Source of the DNA: Octopus vulgaris
Taxonomy: Eukaryota
NCBI GenBank assembly: GCA_951406725.2
Contig: OX597820.1
Span: forward strand, 11,780,001-11,844,000
Reading direction: 5' to 3'
Length of the DNA stretch: 64,000 nucleotides
The notes under the pieces were generated by a model. That model had not been told where the DNA came from and did no database searches. It was given only the letters and a program-made list of their open reading frames with translations. A program made the translations under genes and the position numbers. Within the stretch, counting starts at the first letter, position 1. Every line of letters starts with the position of its first letter. Below are positions 38,651 through 53,055 of this stretch, piece by piece.

Positions 38651-38917
38651 TAAAAAATCAAGTTGTGACACAAGCCAATGAGAGAATATCTTTCTCTGGG
38701 TGTTTGATCTACTAGAAATCACAGCTAAATCTCTCCCATGTCACACACCATCATCTTACTATAGAAGAATACACTGGACCATGTTGTTCCCACAGCCGGA
38801 ACATCTTTTACACTTTGTCTAATCAAATAATTGATGCAGACCCAAGCAACAACAAGTTGTGAAATGGTGTTTTCTCAGTCAACAAAGATGTATGAAGTTA
38901 TTTTTATTTGGTAATAA

Positions 38918-39086
38918 GTCGCAGGAGTGGCTGTGTGGTAAGTAGCTTGCTTACCAACCACATGGTTCCGGGTTCAGTCCCACTACGTGGCACCTTGGGC
39001 AAGTGTCTTCTACTAAAGCCTCAGGCCGACCAAAGCCTTGTGAGTGGATTTAGTAGACGGAAACTGAAAGAAGCCCATCATATATA

Positions 39087-39121
<35 letters not shown>

Positions 39122-39358
39122 GTATGTGTGTGTATATGTTTGTGTGTCTGTGTTTGTACCCCCAACATCGCTTGACAACTGATGCTGGTGTGTTTACGTC
39201 CCTGTAACTTAGCGGTTCGGCAAAAGAGACCGATAGAATAAGTACTGGGCTTACAATGAATAAGTCCTGGGGTCGATTTGCTCGACTAAAGGCGGTGCTC
39301 CAGCATGGCTGCAGTCAAATGACTGAAACAAGTAAAAGAGTAAAAGAGAGTGAAGAGT
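38918..39358 (+). mobile_element. SINE-A full length
   Basis: Near-consensus; aaagagta-type tail. Confidence 0.93.
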
Positions 39359-39884
39359 AATCTAGAGACATAGTCTTACTAAATCACAAATAACAGTTCC
39401 TCATATTATTTCACCAATACCCTGTACACCATCACCTGTGTCTTTCGTGACTTAGGTAAAAATTAACCGTTTGTTAGATGCATCACTTATTAATTAATGT
39501 AATAGACAAAGAAAGGAAATGGAGACTGGACAGCAAACAGGATAGGACATGCCAGCCACGGCTCTCTGTATTACTAAATACAAGAAGATATACTGCATCT
39601 GATGGCATAAAAGATGCTTGGACATATTAGATGCACAGGTATATTTGACGCACCTCAATTTCACCTGGGCATATTCAGGTAAAAAATGATTTTAGTATGT
39701 TAAAGCATGTCTAGCAGTACATTAGAAAACATTGTGAAAGTACCTTGTCTAATGTTTAAGTAGCACTTTGGCAAAAGAAACTAAGAGAATGGTGCTCAGG
39801 TTTCTATAAAAAGACAATATGTTGTTGGTCTGTTCTGCTAAACCTTTCAAGGCAGTTTGCCAGTTTAGCTTCTGTCCAAAGATT

Positions 39885-40141
39885 GAAATGACTAAGAGAA
39901 TAAAATGACTAAAGATGAAGAATAAAATGACTAAAGTGACTAAAAAGGACTAAAAATGACTAAAACGACTAAAATGGCTAAAGATGGCTAAAATGACTAT
40001 AATGACTAAAAATGACTAAAATGAATAAATGATTAAAAGAATAAAATGAATAAAAAGGACTAAAATTGACTAAAAGAATAAAATGACTATAATGACTAAA
40101 AATGATTAAATGAATAAAATGTGTAAAAGAATAAAATGAAA
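39885..40141 (+). repeat. Degenerate AAAATGACTA minisatellite, followed by a minus-strand SINE-A head (40141-40223)
   Basis: More than 20 imperfect 9-10 bp units. Confidence 0.85.
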
Positions 40142-40740
40142 GACACTTGCCCAAGGTGCCACACAGTGGGACTGAACCCAGAACCATGTGGTTGGTAAGC
40201 AAGCTTCTTACCACACAGCCACATGTACTGTCTTTTGATGAAATGGCTTTTGGTTGTAGGTCTGTTTTATCACATCTAACTTACAACTCCACAACCACAG
40301 GTACCTACATACTTTCCTATAGAGCAGCTATCCACTCACCTTTATGGCTCTTCCATTAGTTACCTGAGACTATACCTGTCTAAATTAGCTCTGACCTGCT
40401 CTCTTTCTCAGTTTGATCCTGCTTCTTAAAAGACTATTATGGCTATTAATTCCTGTTAATTACCTAATGGTTCACAGGTAGATCCAAAGACGTTGCAACG
40501 AGAAGGTGAAAATGAGCTGATTAGTTGAGAAGAGCAACAATTGCTCTGTCAACAGCCATGACAACAACAACAACAACTACTACAACAACAACAACACCGG
40601 GGCAGCAACCATGTAAACAGATTGGATGTTTATTAACAACAGCATTGCTGTACATTGTTAACACAGATGTTTCTTAATGCAGTTTCTTTGAAAGTAAACT
40701 CCATCTGTTTGACTCTGAACCTACATGTGTGTGTTTGTGT

Positions 40741-40990
40741 GTGAAGGTGCGTGGCTTAGTGGTTAGGAGCATTCGGCTCACGATTGTAAAGTCGTGAGTT
40801 CAATTCCTGGCGACACGTTGTGTCCTTGAACAAGACACTTTATTTCAATTTCACGTTGAATGAGTAGTACGTTAAGGGTACACGCGTCTGTGGAGTGCTC
40901 AGCCACTTGCACGTTAATTTCACGAGCAAGCTGTTCCGTTGATCGTATCAGCTGGGACCCTCGTCATTGCAACCGATGGAGTGTTCCCCA
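40741..40990 (+). mobile_element. Chimeric SINE: B-like head with E-type-1 tail
   Basis: Head/body (ttgaacaagacactttatttca) as in family B; 40868-40990 matches 15509-15630. Confidence 0.8.
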
Positions 40991-41699
40991 GTGTGTGTGT
41001 GTGTGTGTATGCATACACTGAGACATACTTGCATACAGGTATGGGTGTCTTGCCATTGTATCAGGTTTGTAAACAAGCATCTTTACTTTAAGGTGCCACC
41101 TAGTCAGATTGGACCCAAGACCAGGTGGTCTGGAAGCAAGCTTCTTAAACACTAAAGACATTATGTAATTCCTGATGCATATCCAGCAGCATGAGCATTT
41201 CCTGTGTATGATGACATCAGGTAGCCACTGAATGTAGAGGAGCTTTGCATAACATTCTACGAAGCTTTTACTCAAGTCTTATTTAACTATATATATATAT
41301 ATTATATTAGAGCGAGAGAGAGAGAGGGACTGACAAAGAGAAAGAGTGAGAGAGAGAATGACAAAGAGAAAGAATGAGAGAGGGAGAGAGAAAGAGAGGG
41401 AGAGAGAGAGAGAGCCGTAACCTCTATGTACAAAAGGTTAAGTTATATAACTTCTTAATTATTCTTTTACTTAACAGTATTTATTTTGATTTTATAAATT
41501 TATATATATATATATGTTTTATGGTTTGACAACCTACTATAAACATAAATGTATATATTACGCTATATACCATAAAACAAATAAACATACCCCATAAACA
41601 CACATGTTCTCCTACGCATACATGCTCTTCACTTGCAACTCTACTTGTTAAAAACTGGTTTTAGGAATTTTCGAAGCTGTTTCAATTTATGAGTTACAG

Positions 41700-42140
41700 T
41701 TATATTATTATCATCATCGTTGTCATCATTATCGTGATCATTGTCAATATTGTCAGTTGTCATCATCATCATCATTGTCGTTGTCATCGTCATCATCACC
41801 ACCACCACCACCACCACCACCACTGCCATCATCATAATCATCGTTGTCGTCATCATCACCATTACCATCATCACCACCACCACCACTACTACCACCACAA
41901 TCATCGGCATCGTCATCATCATCATCATAATAATCTTCATCATCACCACCATCACCATCATCATCATCATCATCATCACCATCACCACCACCACCACCAC
42001 CACCATCATCAAAGTGATGAGCTGGCAGAATTGTTAGCGCCTCATGCAAAATGTTTAGTGGGCATTTCTTCTGGGTCTTTGTGCTCTGAGTTCAAATATG
42101 ACCAAAGTCGACTTTGCTCACCATCCTTTCTGGGGTTTTG
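41700..42140. repeat. (CAT)/(CAC) tract followed by a SINE-C head fragment (42011-42140, +)
   Basis: Directly visible. Confidence 0.85.
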
Positions 42141-42979
42141 TAAGCTGCATACACGTGAGTGTTGTCTTCAGCTCCATCTGCAGCTTCTGGTCATCATGGA
42201 ATGAGAATGAAGGGACATGGCTGTTTTTGGCATTTTTGGTCACAGTATAGTTTGGCACTGAAGGTATACACACACTCACACATACAGAAATATGTGCATA
42301 CAAAGAGAGAGAAGGAAAGAGAGAAAGAGAGAGAGAAAGACATTGTATTTGTTAATTGAATATGATTGACGTAAAAACTTTTCCTCTCTTCACATGCATA
42401 AAGAGAAATATGTCTACACACATAAACAGAGGCGGGGAGAGACATTACACATACATGCACACACACACACACACGCACGCACACACACGCACACACACAC
42501 ACACACAACTAGATGTTCACACACACGAACAAATAGTGAGAGAGAGAGGCAGTGAACAACAGAATCAGAGAAACATGAAGACGTCTGATGTCAAATAAGT
42601 CAGCATCGAATCATTGAGGCTAAACAGTGGTGGTGGTGGGGTGGGGGTCAAAATGGCTGTCCCAGAATGTCTCATACTCCAGTCTTTTGCAGCATTCAAA
42701 AGGCTGGGTTTTAGCTTTCAGCTTCCTTTTGGTATGTTCTTGCAGTGTCATTTCTTGTTCTTCTTGTGAAAAACATTTGGGTGCAACTTGGTGCAGATTC
42801 TCATTGCATTGATGCAACTGCCTTACTTTATTGCATCAGAATACAAAAGATTTGGTTTATGCTCTCATGTATATTTTATTAGGGATAACGTGCATGCTGT
42901 CAGGACAGGCTCCAGTGATGCATAAACTCAGCACTGATGCCAATTAGCAGCGCTACATCATGTCCAGTCATCTAAAATC

Positions 42980-43032
<53 letters not shown>

Positions 43033-43034
<2 letters not shown>

Positions 43035-43275
43035 CAAAGTAAGAAAGGGTTTATGGGTGTAACCCACTAAGGGATAGTATTTGTCCAATATACTGTTGGT
43101 AAAGTACCCAGATTCTTAATACATAAATGTTTTTAATTGCAATGCAATTAAGTCATTTATTGTATTAAACGGGTGAAGGTAAAGAAATATTTTTACCGTA
43201 AATTTATAATACAAATAAGAAAATGGAGAAACAAATTTAGTTTGTTCATCATCTTTCGGATATTAGAATTTTGAT
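43033..43275. mobile_element. (TA)n-embedded element related to 16297-16460
   Basis: Shared terminal blocks. Confidence 0.55.
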
Positions 43276-43326
43276 TATTTTTGTATATTATTTATGTATA
43301 TTATTTATGTATATATGTATATATTC

Positions 43327-43383
<57 letters not shown>

Positions 43384-43395
43384 TACATATATATA

Positions 43396-43561
43396 TCTTC
43401 CCTTCTCTGGATCTTTCCTTCTCCTATGTTTTCGACGAAGAGCTCCGCTCGAAACGTTAAGCCCTCCTTCTTTCCTTCTTTCCTGAGCATCCAATAATAC
43501 TATATTTGTTCCACGTCCTCATGTTGTTGTGTTTTTTTTGTGCTTTCTTGTTTGGATTAAC

Positions 43562-43562
<1 letters not shown>
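43396..43562 (+). mobile_element. Family G copy, 5'-truncated, in (TA)n
   Basis: tcgacgaagagctccgctcgaaacgtt (CUGA altered); homologous to 17968-18172. Confidence 0.82.
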
Positions 43563-43605
<43 letters not shown>

Positions 43606-43639
43606 GACATGCAGGTAGTAAATAGACAACTTTACTTTT

Positions 43640-44027
43640 CAAAAAATCTTTTATTTCATATTAATTGGTTGAAGGAGAGGTTTTCTTCTAGCTGCTCATC
43701 CATAATACCCAAGCTTATGCAGATATATAACACATGTTCTTGGACTAACTTTTAGCTGTTTTGCAATGTCAGAAGCCTTCAAACGGGGGTTTGTTTTCCA
43801 CAATTCTCTTCAAACAGTGAAGCTTCCTTTCCCAGGGCCCAGGTCAGCCGAGAATCTGTTGATTCTTTTCCTTGGCTTTTGAATTGCACTATAATTCTAT
43901 TAACAGTAGCAAGAGGAATTTAAAGATTTTCGGCAATTTTTCGCTGGCTAAGACCAGCCTCAGATTACCCAACAATACAACCTCTTTGAAAATCTCACAG
44001 TTCTGCTGAATTTTTTGTGCGTGTCAT
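43640..44027 (-). pseudogene. Tc1-family transposase N-terminal DNA-binding region, disrupted
   Basis: Manual translation MTRTKNSAEL*DFQRGCIVG*SEAGLSQRK..IPLATVNRIIVQFK and NPRLKASDIAKQLKVSPRT..YLHKLGYYG..RRKPLL, typical Tc1 HTH motifs with stops and frameshifts. Confidence 0.75.
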
Positions 44028-44359
44028 GGTTACTCCTTCGCAAATGTTTGATATAATGGCACCTGGAATGAAAAAGAATCATTACATTGTAAATTCTGCA
44101 CCACTGAGGGTGGATAAAATAAATACCAGTTATTTACTGGGGGTTGATGTAATTGTCTTACCCCTCTTTCCCCAAAATAGCTGGCCTTGTGTCAAAATTT
44201 GCAATTGATATCATTTATCTGTATCAGCCTAATCAATCGTAATCTATCACAGCACTCCATCCCATTATAACCACACACGCACACATGTTACAGCCAATCA
44301 GTCATTCACATACAAGAAAGCATACAACGATCGCCCAAGTCCAATTTATATTAGAAACA

Positions 44360-44870
<511 letters not shown>

Positions 44871-45275
44871 AAGATGTGTGTATATGATTTTACAACACAC
44901 TTGAAACAAGTTTGTTAAATGCCCTCTCTTTGCAACTTTGATTGCGTCATAAAACCCCCGGAGCGTAAGTGAGATCTTCAGCTTTTATGATTACTCCTTA
45001 TAAAACCTTTATTATCTCATTCAAGTCATTAATATTGCTCTGACGTGTTTTACTGTGCCTATAAATTTACACGGCCGGGTGTTAGCAAAAGCTTGAGATT
45101 TGTTTATGTTTCTTTAAGTCTCTATAAGTATTCATGTATCCCAGACAGACATATACAGCCATAAACACACACATAAAATCCTACACATACATACATATGC
45201 TTTTTATTTTCTTGTGTGTTATATTGGCTTTATTTGGCTATAGGATATAGATGACCATTATTATTGTGATTGAGA

Positions 45276-46022
45276 GCATGCTGAGCGAAATGCTTAGCTG
45301 TATTTCGTCTGCCGTTATGTTCTGAGTTCAAATTCCGCCGAGATCGACTTTGCCTTTCATCCTTTCGGGGTCGATAAATTAAGTACCAGTTACGCACTGG
45401 GGTCGATATAATCGACTTAATCCGTTTGTCTGTCCTTGTTTGTCCCCTCTGTATTTAGCCTCTTGTGGGTAGTAAAGAAATAGGTATTTCGTCTGCCGTT
45501 ACGTTCTGAGTTCAAATTCTACCGAGGTCGACTTTGCCTTTCATCCTTTCGGGGTCGATTAGATAAGTACCAGTTACACACTGGGGTCGATATAATCGAC
45601 TTAATCCATTTGTCTGTCCTAGTTTATCCTCTCTGTGTTTAGCCCCTTGTGGGTAGTAAAGAAATAGGTATCTCGTCTGCCGTTACGTTCTGAGTTCAAA
45701 TTCTACCGAGGTCGACTTTGCCTTTAATCCTTTCAGGTTTGATTAAATAAGTACCAGTTACACACTGGGGTCGATATAATCGACTTAATCCGTTTGTCTG
45801 TCCTAGTTTATCCTCTCTGTGTGTAGCCCCTTGTGGGCAGTAAAGAAATAGGTATTTTGTCTGCTGTTACGTTCTGATCTCAAATTCCACCGAAGTCAGC
45901 TTTGCCTTTCATCCTTTCGGGGTCGATAATATAAGTACCAGTTATGCAATGGGTCGAACTAATCGACTGCCCTCCCCCACCAAAAGAAATTTCAGGCCAT
46001 GTGCCTATAGTAGAAAGGATTA
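45276..46022 (+). mobile_element. SINE-C four-unit concatemer, 184-bp period
   Basis: Units restart at 45301, 45485, 45669, 45853; last unit carries the alternative tail. Confidence 0.93.
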
Positions 46023-46074
46023 CTACTGTGAGTGGGTCAGGCTTACTGGTATGTTAGTTTGCCAATGATGGATT

Positions 46075-46428
46075 AGATTCAAATTCTGGTGCAGGGTCAA
46101 CAGTTTTGGGGGAGGGTGTAAGGGGATCACATGGATCTCAGTGCTCAACTGGTGTTTAACCTATTGACCCCCAAGAGCATGAAATGCAAAGTCGACCTTG
46201 GTGAAATTTGAACTCAGAACCTGAAGATGGATGAGATGCCACTAAGCATTTTGTCCAACATGCTAACGATTCCATCAACTCACTGCCTCAATTATTTCTG
46301 ATTTTGGTTTCAAATTTTAGTGCAAGGCCAGCAATGTTGAGGCTGGGTTAAATCAATTACATTAATCCCAGTGCATAACTGGTACTTATTTTACCAACCC
46401 TGAAAGGATGAAAGACAAAGTTGACCTT
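46075..46428 (-). mobile_element. Two diverged SINE-C copies
   Basis: aaagtcgaccttggtgaaatttgaactcagaac and gaaaggatgaaagacaaagttgacc. Confidence 0.7.
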
Positions 46429-46432
46429 GACA

Positions 46433-46578
46433 TACTATAAAGAACCCTCGTGTATAAGGAACCCCCTTTTTATTGGGGCTTGAAATTTGGAAAAAGGGTT
46501 TTGTAAAGGATTATAATACTATCCATGTATAAGAAACTCCCATATTTTTTTAACCTAATTTTTGACATAAAAGGGTTC
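46433..46578. mobile_element. Possible pogo/Tigger-like transposon end
   Basis: tactataaagaaccctcgtgtataag with an internal repeat of tgtataag. Confidence 0.3.
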
Positions 46579-46740
46579 CGGAGTGGCTGTGTGGTAAGTA
46601 GCTTGCTTACCAACCACATGGTTCTGGGTTCAGTCCCACTGCAATGTTCCTTGGGCAGGTGTCATCTTTTATAGCCTCAGACTGACCAAAGCCTTTTGTG
46701 AGTGGATTTGGTTGATGGAAACTGAAAGAAGCCCGTTGTA

Positions 46741-46783
<43 letters not shown>

Positions 46784-46975
46784 GTGTGTATATGTCTGTG
46801 TGTCTGTGTTTGTCCCCCTAGCAATGCTTGACAACTGATGCTGGTGTGTTTACATCCTCGTAACTTAGCAGTTCGGCAAAAGGGACCGATAGAATAAGTA
46901 CTACGTTTGCAAAAAATATGTCCTGGGGTCGAGTTGATCGACTAAAAGGCAGTACTCCAGCATGGCCCACAGTCA
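46579..46975 (+). mobile_element. SINE-A
   Basis: Near full length. Confidence 0.88.
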
Positions 46976-47659
46976 TATATAAACTTTACTTAACTTTCCC
47001 GTTTCACTTTGTGAGAAACCCTCTGTCTTCGTTATGAATTCATTTAGTTGGAGACAAAATTTTGTTTGCTCTGCATTTTACAAGAGCAAATCCCGTCAAG
47101 TTTTGACATTATTATTTAAAAAAACAACTAAATTTTAATTTCTCCATTTCACAGATCTTTTATGGTTTCAATAGTGACATTGTAGCACACTGCCAACAAA
47201 GCTGGAAAATATCTGATATCGTTGAATTTATAGGTCATTTCTAAGTACTAATATTGATTTATTTTCTTCAGCTTTGTTTTATCAAAACATCTGTGGAGAA
47301 AAAATATAATCATTAATTTCCTATGTTGCTAATATATTTGACTTTTCTTGAGCCCCAGATCATAAAGCTGGTTACCAGGTTTCAGGTCAGGGCAGGTGTA
47401 GGGGTGCACACCATTGTAGCGCATTACCGCATTCACCTTTTGTTAGTATATTTCCCGGGTCCTCCTGGTGACCTGTCAAGCAGAGTACCTGTCAGTCCCC
47501 TTCATGAGTTACCATGGAAGTGTTTTAAATCAGAGTGTTTTATTAACTCCTCATTAGTATATCTTCACAGGTCGCCTTTCTACACCTTTCCCCATCTTTT
47601 TGATAATAGAGGCTAAATTTCCTTAAAAAAACGAAAAGTGTTCACATTAGATATTATAA

Positions 47660-47747
47660 CCATAGATATAATGTGTCCCAGATTAACTATCTTTGAATTA
47701 ACTATAGATACTTAATTGATCGATTGTAAACTCTGGGACACCCTGTA
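47660..47747 (-). mobile_element. Possible Tc1/mariner terminal inverted repeat remnant
   Basis: gggacaccctgta reads TA-CAGGGTGTCCC on the minus strand; partial mirror atgtgtcccaga near 47671. Confidence 0.4.
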
Positions 47748-47817
47748 CAAAAATGCTTCTGGTTACAGCTGGAACCCCTTTGATCACAGGTCTTCTCAAT
47801 TAGGGCTGATTTGAGGT

Positions 47818-48192
47818 TATTCTCTTTTATTCTCTTTTACTTGTTTCAGTCATTTTGACTGCGGCCATGCTGGAGCACCGCCTTTAATCGAGCAAATCGA
47901 CCCCGGGACTTATTCTTTGTAAGCCCAGTACTTATTCTATCGGTCTCTTTTGCCGAACCGCTAAGTTACGGGGACGTAAACACACCAGCATCGGTTGTCA
48001 AGCAATGCTAGATGGACAAACACATACATATATACGACAGGCTTCTTTCAGTTTCCGTCTACCAAATCCGCTCACAAGGCATTGGTCGGCTCGGGGCTAT
48101 AGCAGAAGACACTTGCCCAAGATGCCACGCAGTGGGACTGAACCCGGAACCATGTGGTTGGTTAGCAAGCTACTTACCATACAGCCACTCCT
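47818..48192 (-). mobile_element. SINE-A, young copy with short central microsatellite
   Basis: Near-identical to 7011-7418. Confidence 0.93.
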
Positions 48193-49056
48193 TTCGTTAA
48201 TGAATTTCTTGGTTATCTTACAATCCTAATAGTTTATGATATTGGATTGAACATGAATCTCAATTTATGCTTATTGATCGGTGAAAAACGCCAAAAAATC
48301 ATATTGGTCATTCTATTCCTATAACCCAATTTTCTAAATAAGATACAAATCTTCCATTTTCTCCTCAACAGTTTAAAAAAATTTTTAATTTGTGAGCGAA
48401 ACTGAAGAGATCCCAGTTTATTAATGGACACGTAACACGTTTGCCTGAATAAATTTTAAAAAAATATTTTCTTTTACGGCAAAATAACTTTTCATAACAC
48501 TGCGTAGTAAACAACGAAGAGGGAATAACTACGGTCAGATTAGTTAGTAATTAGGAGAGAGTTATCTACCTTATGTTAATTGCAGTTTTTAAAGCCTTGT
48601 TCGTCTATCTCGATGCAATAAGTTCAGTTTTATCAATTACAATTGGTATATTAGAGTAAAAACAATACAACATACATTAATAAAAAGAGAAAGAATCTAT
48701 GTGTGTCCCTCTCTCTCTTAAACTATGTATGTATATAAAAGCACAGTATTCTGTGGAATTGAATGTAAAACTATGGTTAAACTAGATTAACAGAGTTACA
48801 TAAAGAGAAAAGTTTTTTGGCTGGAATATTGAAAAAGATGCTGATGGGATGAGAGATATTGAAAGCTATCCGTATTTTTCTGGACAAGAGGGAGAAATAA
48901 TGTGAAAAACCATAAGTGTGTGTATAATATATACATAAATCTATGTTCATATATATATATATATGCACATCTATGTTCATATGTATGTATGCATACATAT
49001 GCATGTATGCATATATGTAATGTATGTATATATGTATGTGTACAGATGCACACGCA

Positions 49057-49465
49057 TAGGTGTGGCTGTGTGGTAAGAAGTTTGCTTTCCAACCACATGG
49101 TTCTGGGTTCAGTCCCTCTACTTTACACCATGGGGAAGTTTCTTTTATTATAGCATCGGGTCAGTAGCATTGTGAGTGGAGTTGGTAAATGGTAACTGAA
49201 AAACGCCTATCGAATATACATACATACAGAAATATATATATATATATATTTGTGTCTGTGTTTTTTCCTCACTGCCACTTGACGATTGGTGTTGGTGTGT
49301 TTATGTCCCTGTAACTTAGCAGTTTGGCAAAACAGACTAATAGAGGAAGTACTACGCTAAAAAAAAAAACGAAAATACTGGAATTAATTCATTTAACTAA
49401 AAATTCTTTAAAGCATTGTTTCAGCATGGTCACAGTCTAATGACCGAAGTAAGTAAAAGACAGAA
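49057..49465 (+). mobile_element. SINE-A, diverged
   Basis: Landmarks along its length. Confidence 0.8.
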
Positions 49466-51301
49466 TATATATGTGTGTGCGTGTGTGTATATATATATAT
49501 ATGTATGTATGTATGTATGTATATACGTAGTGCTGAATATAACTTTGTGTTACATTTAAGTTAATTATGATACATGTCTGATACATTCCTGTTCACTTTA
49601 CACATAAAATCAGATACACACATGTATATCTCTCTCTCTATGTGTGTGTCTGTGTGTATTATATATATATATATATACAGACACACACATGCATACATAT
49701 AGACACATATGTATATGTATGCTGTATGTGTGTATACTAGCTGTGAATTGATTTTCTCTATGTTTACTAATGAATATTATCCAGATGGTACTCTAGCATT
49801 CTGTGTGTGTGTGTTTGTGTGCGTACGCGCACGTGTGTGTGTGTGTGTAAAGGTATGTAAATATACATAGACTTATATACATATATATCGATATTGATTC
49901 ACACAGACACACACTCACACACAAACAAACATAAGCATTAATATTAATACAGACTTATTCATACACAAACACCCACACGTTCTTCTGCTGGCTTCAGTTA
50001 ATAAATTGCAGTAATTCTGGGTTGCTTTCTTCAAGGGTTTAGCGGATTCCATCAAACTGGAGGTGCTTGGGACGGGCTTATTACAGCTTTGTTTTATTGA
50101 TCTCTATTTGTCAAACCACTAGCTCGCATGAGGTAAAGAGACACAACATAAGCAACGTCAGATTTTTAGGGTGATGTAATAATAAGCATAAAGAAATTAG
50201 GGTTTCCGCAGTGTTTCTGTGTACCAGCTTCTATAAACAAGGCATTGGTCAAGCGAATGTTATAGGAGAAGCCGTTATTGCCCATGTGCCGCACATTGAG
50301 GAAAAGCTGTTAATTGCCCATGTGCCACACATTGCAAATGAAATCTGAATACCACGTGGATGTAAACTGAATTTGTTAACAAAACAGCCAGATGTCTATG
50401 TCTGTATGTATGTCACCATGTGTCAGTGTATATATGTATGTGTGTGGATGTATTCATATGAATGTATGTAGATATGTGTATATGGTGAATTGTGTTAGAC
50501 AGAAGTACATGTACACATAATAATAAAAAATAAAAAAACCCACCCACATGAAAGTGAAGTGGACGAAGGAAGAGATACAGAGCGAAGTGGAAAAGTTGAA
50601 TAGAGAAGGAGAGGAGGGAATGGAGAGCGGTAGAGAATGGAGTGCGAAAGGGGTAGGAGCAAACAAGGAGGCTGATGTGACTAGAGAAAAAAAAAAAAAG
50701 AGTGAGGGAGAGTGTGAGATGACAGAGAGAGACAGAAGAGAGAGCCAGAGAGGGAGAGCGAGAGATAGAGAGGGAGAGCGAGAGATAGAGAGGGCGGACA
50801 GAAGCTTAGTTCCATGTGAGGAGCGTTGTGGGGATGAATTTATATAGCGGTTCGTTGAAGCCTTCTGTAACATTTTAGACAGTGTTTCGAAAGATAGCAT
50901 CGGACCAGGATTAATGATCAAATGGTAAATATCGTACTGGTTTTCCTTTCAAATCTACATGCACATGTATAAACATGTATACATAATAACACAGATATTT
51001 TTTTTTTTTGTTTTCATTAAAACAGTCATGTTTATATAAACATGGTAGCATTATGTTGAGCTGTTCAGTTTTACACACATGCATGCGGATGTACACACGC
51101 GCGTACACACGTACACACCTTAGCATACCCATACAAAAACATACATGCATATATGCATAGACAAGGATATGTATGTAGGCGTATGTATATTCATATACAT
51201 ACATTTATGTGTGTGAATACATACATACAAACATACATACACATGTATATATATATATTTATACATATATATATGTATATAAATATGTATATGTATGTAT
51301 A

Positions 51302-51339
<38 letters not shown>

Positions 51340-52004
51340 TATATATATATATATAGATGTATGTACATATACCTAAGTATATATGCATATATATTATATA
51401 TATATATAGATGTATGTATGTATATGCATTTATATATATATATATGTATATAAATGTATACACATATATCTACATTTATGTATGTATGTACATGTATATG
51501 TGTGTATATATATATATATGTTTGTTTCTTCGTAATTTATGCACTGAAGCCATCAGTTTTGGTTAATTCCTACAATCGACCCCAATGCATGACTGGTACT
51601 TTATTGACTCAGGAAAAGAGAAGCTTGACCACAGCAGGATTAGAACTTAGAACATAAACTTTTGAACGAAATGCCGCCATTCATTTACACATTCCTCCAG
51701 AAACACACAAAACAATCAGAATGCAATCTGATTTCTAACGCATACTTGTCAACAACAGAAACATCACACACACATGCACTCTTGCACATACACACACACA
51801 CACATCATACACACACATCACACTATATATTATATATAAGCAAATGTGTATATTCCGAAGCTCAGTTACATGTATACACTGTTTATTTACGTACACAGGT
51901 GAACACATCTTAGCGAGCATGAATCTTTGAATATAGACAGGTGTGAAACACCCACCCCCCACCCTCACCACCGCCACCACCACTGATGTACTTGTGCAAG
52001 CTCA

Positions 52005-52160
52005 GTTGTGACTGTGTGGTAAGAAGTTTGCTTTCCAGTCACATGGTTCTTGGTTCAGTCCTACTGAGTGGCACCTTGGGCAATTGTCTACTTCTATAAC
52101 CTCGGGCTGACCAAACCTTGCGAGTGGATCTGGTTGACAGAAACTGAAAGAAGTCTGTTG

Positions 52161-52192
<32 letters not shown>

Positions 52193-52364
52193 TATATGTG
52201 TGTGTGTGTATGTATATATATATTTATATATATATGTATATATATATATATGTATATATATATATGTATATATATATATATAGATATGTATGTATGTATG
52301 TATATATATATGTGTGTGTATATATATATATGTATATATATGTGTATATATATATATATACATA

Positions 52365-52435
<71 letters not shown>

Positions 52436-52480
52436 CACACACACATACACACATACACACATACATACATACATACATAC
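52005..52480 (+). mobile_element. SINE-A head half running into an expanded TA/TG microsatellite
   Basis: Head to gaaactgaaagaag at about 52150, then about 320 bp of repeats. Confidence 0.8.
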
Positions 52481-52488
52481 AAACATAT

Positions 52489-52732
52489 AATGTTGGTATT
52501 ATGCAAAAGTGTCGTTATTCCAAAACATTGCTTTTTCAGAAAACAAAAAAAACAGTTTTACCATTCCATAGCAAAACCATTGTTCTACATTTTGGATGTC
52601 TTGGCATCTGAAGCAGCTGGAGATACGATAGTTTGACCAAAAGAACCGGTTATTGCAAGCAAAAATAAAGATTGAAAGAAACACACATTTGGCCAAATTC
52701 GGACATACCATAGTTTAACATAATACCAATGA
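52489..52732. mobile_element. Possible MITE with short TIRs
   Basis: ttggtattatg / cataataccaa inverted ends; TA-rich flanks. Confidence 0.4.
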
Positions 52733-53055
52733 TATATATATATATATATATGCTAGTAGGAAAGCCTTCTTTTTTCTATCGAGGGCTTATGTGTCCCTTT
52801 ATTAGACTATTTTCATTAGTCATTGCACGGTGATTGCCATAAGCTTTAAGCCTATATAAAAATACCATTATTATTATTATTTACAGGATTGTAAATTGTG
52901 GCACCATAATAAAAGGCCATTCACACCAAAAGCATATAAGAAAGTTTGTTTACACAAACATCTGCTTTCTATGTTGGCATATACATACATATATAATAAA
53001 TATATATATATATGTAGATACATGAATTATATGATATATATTATATATATATATA

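Noticed and set aside
45301-46022. Regularly spaced repeats resembling a CRISPR array
   Set aside because: Whole 184-bp units repeat with no unique spacers; eukaryotic context
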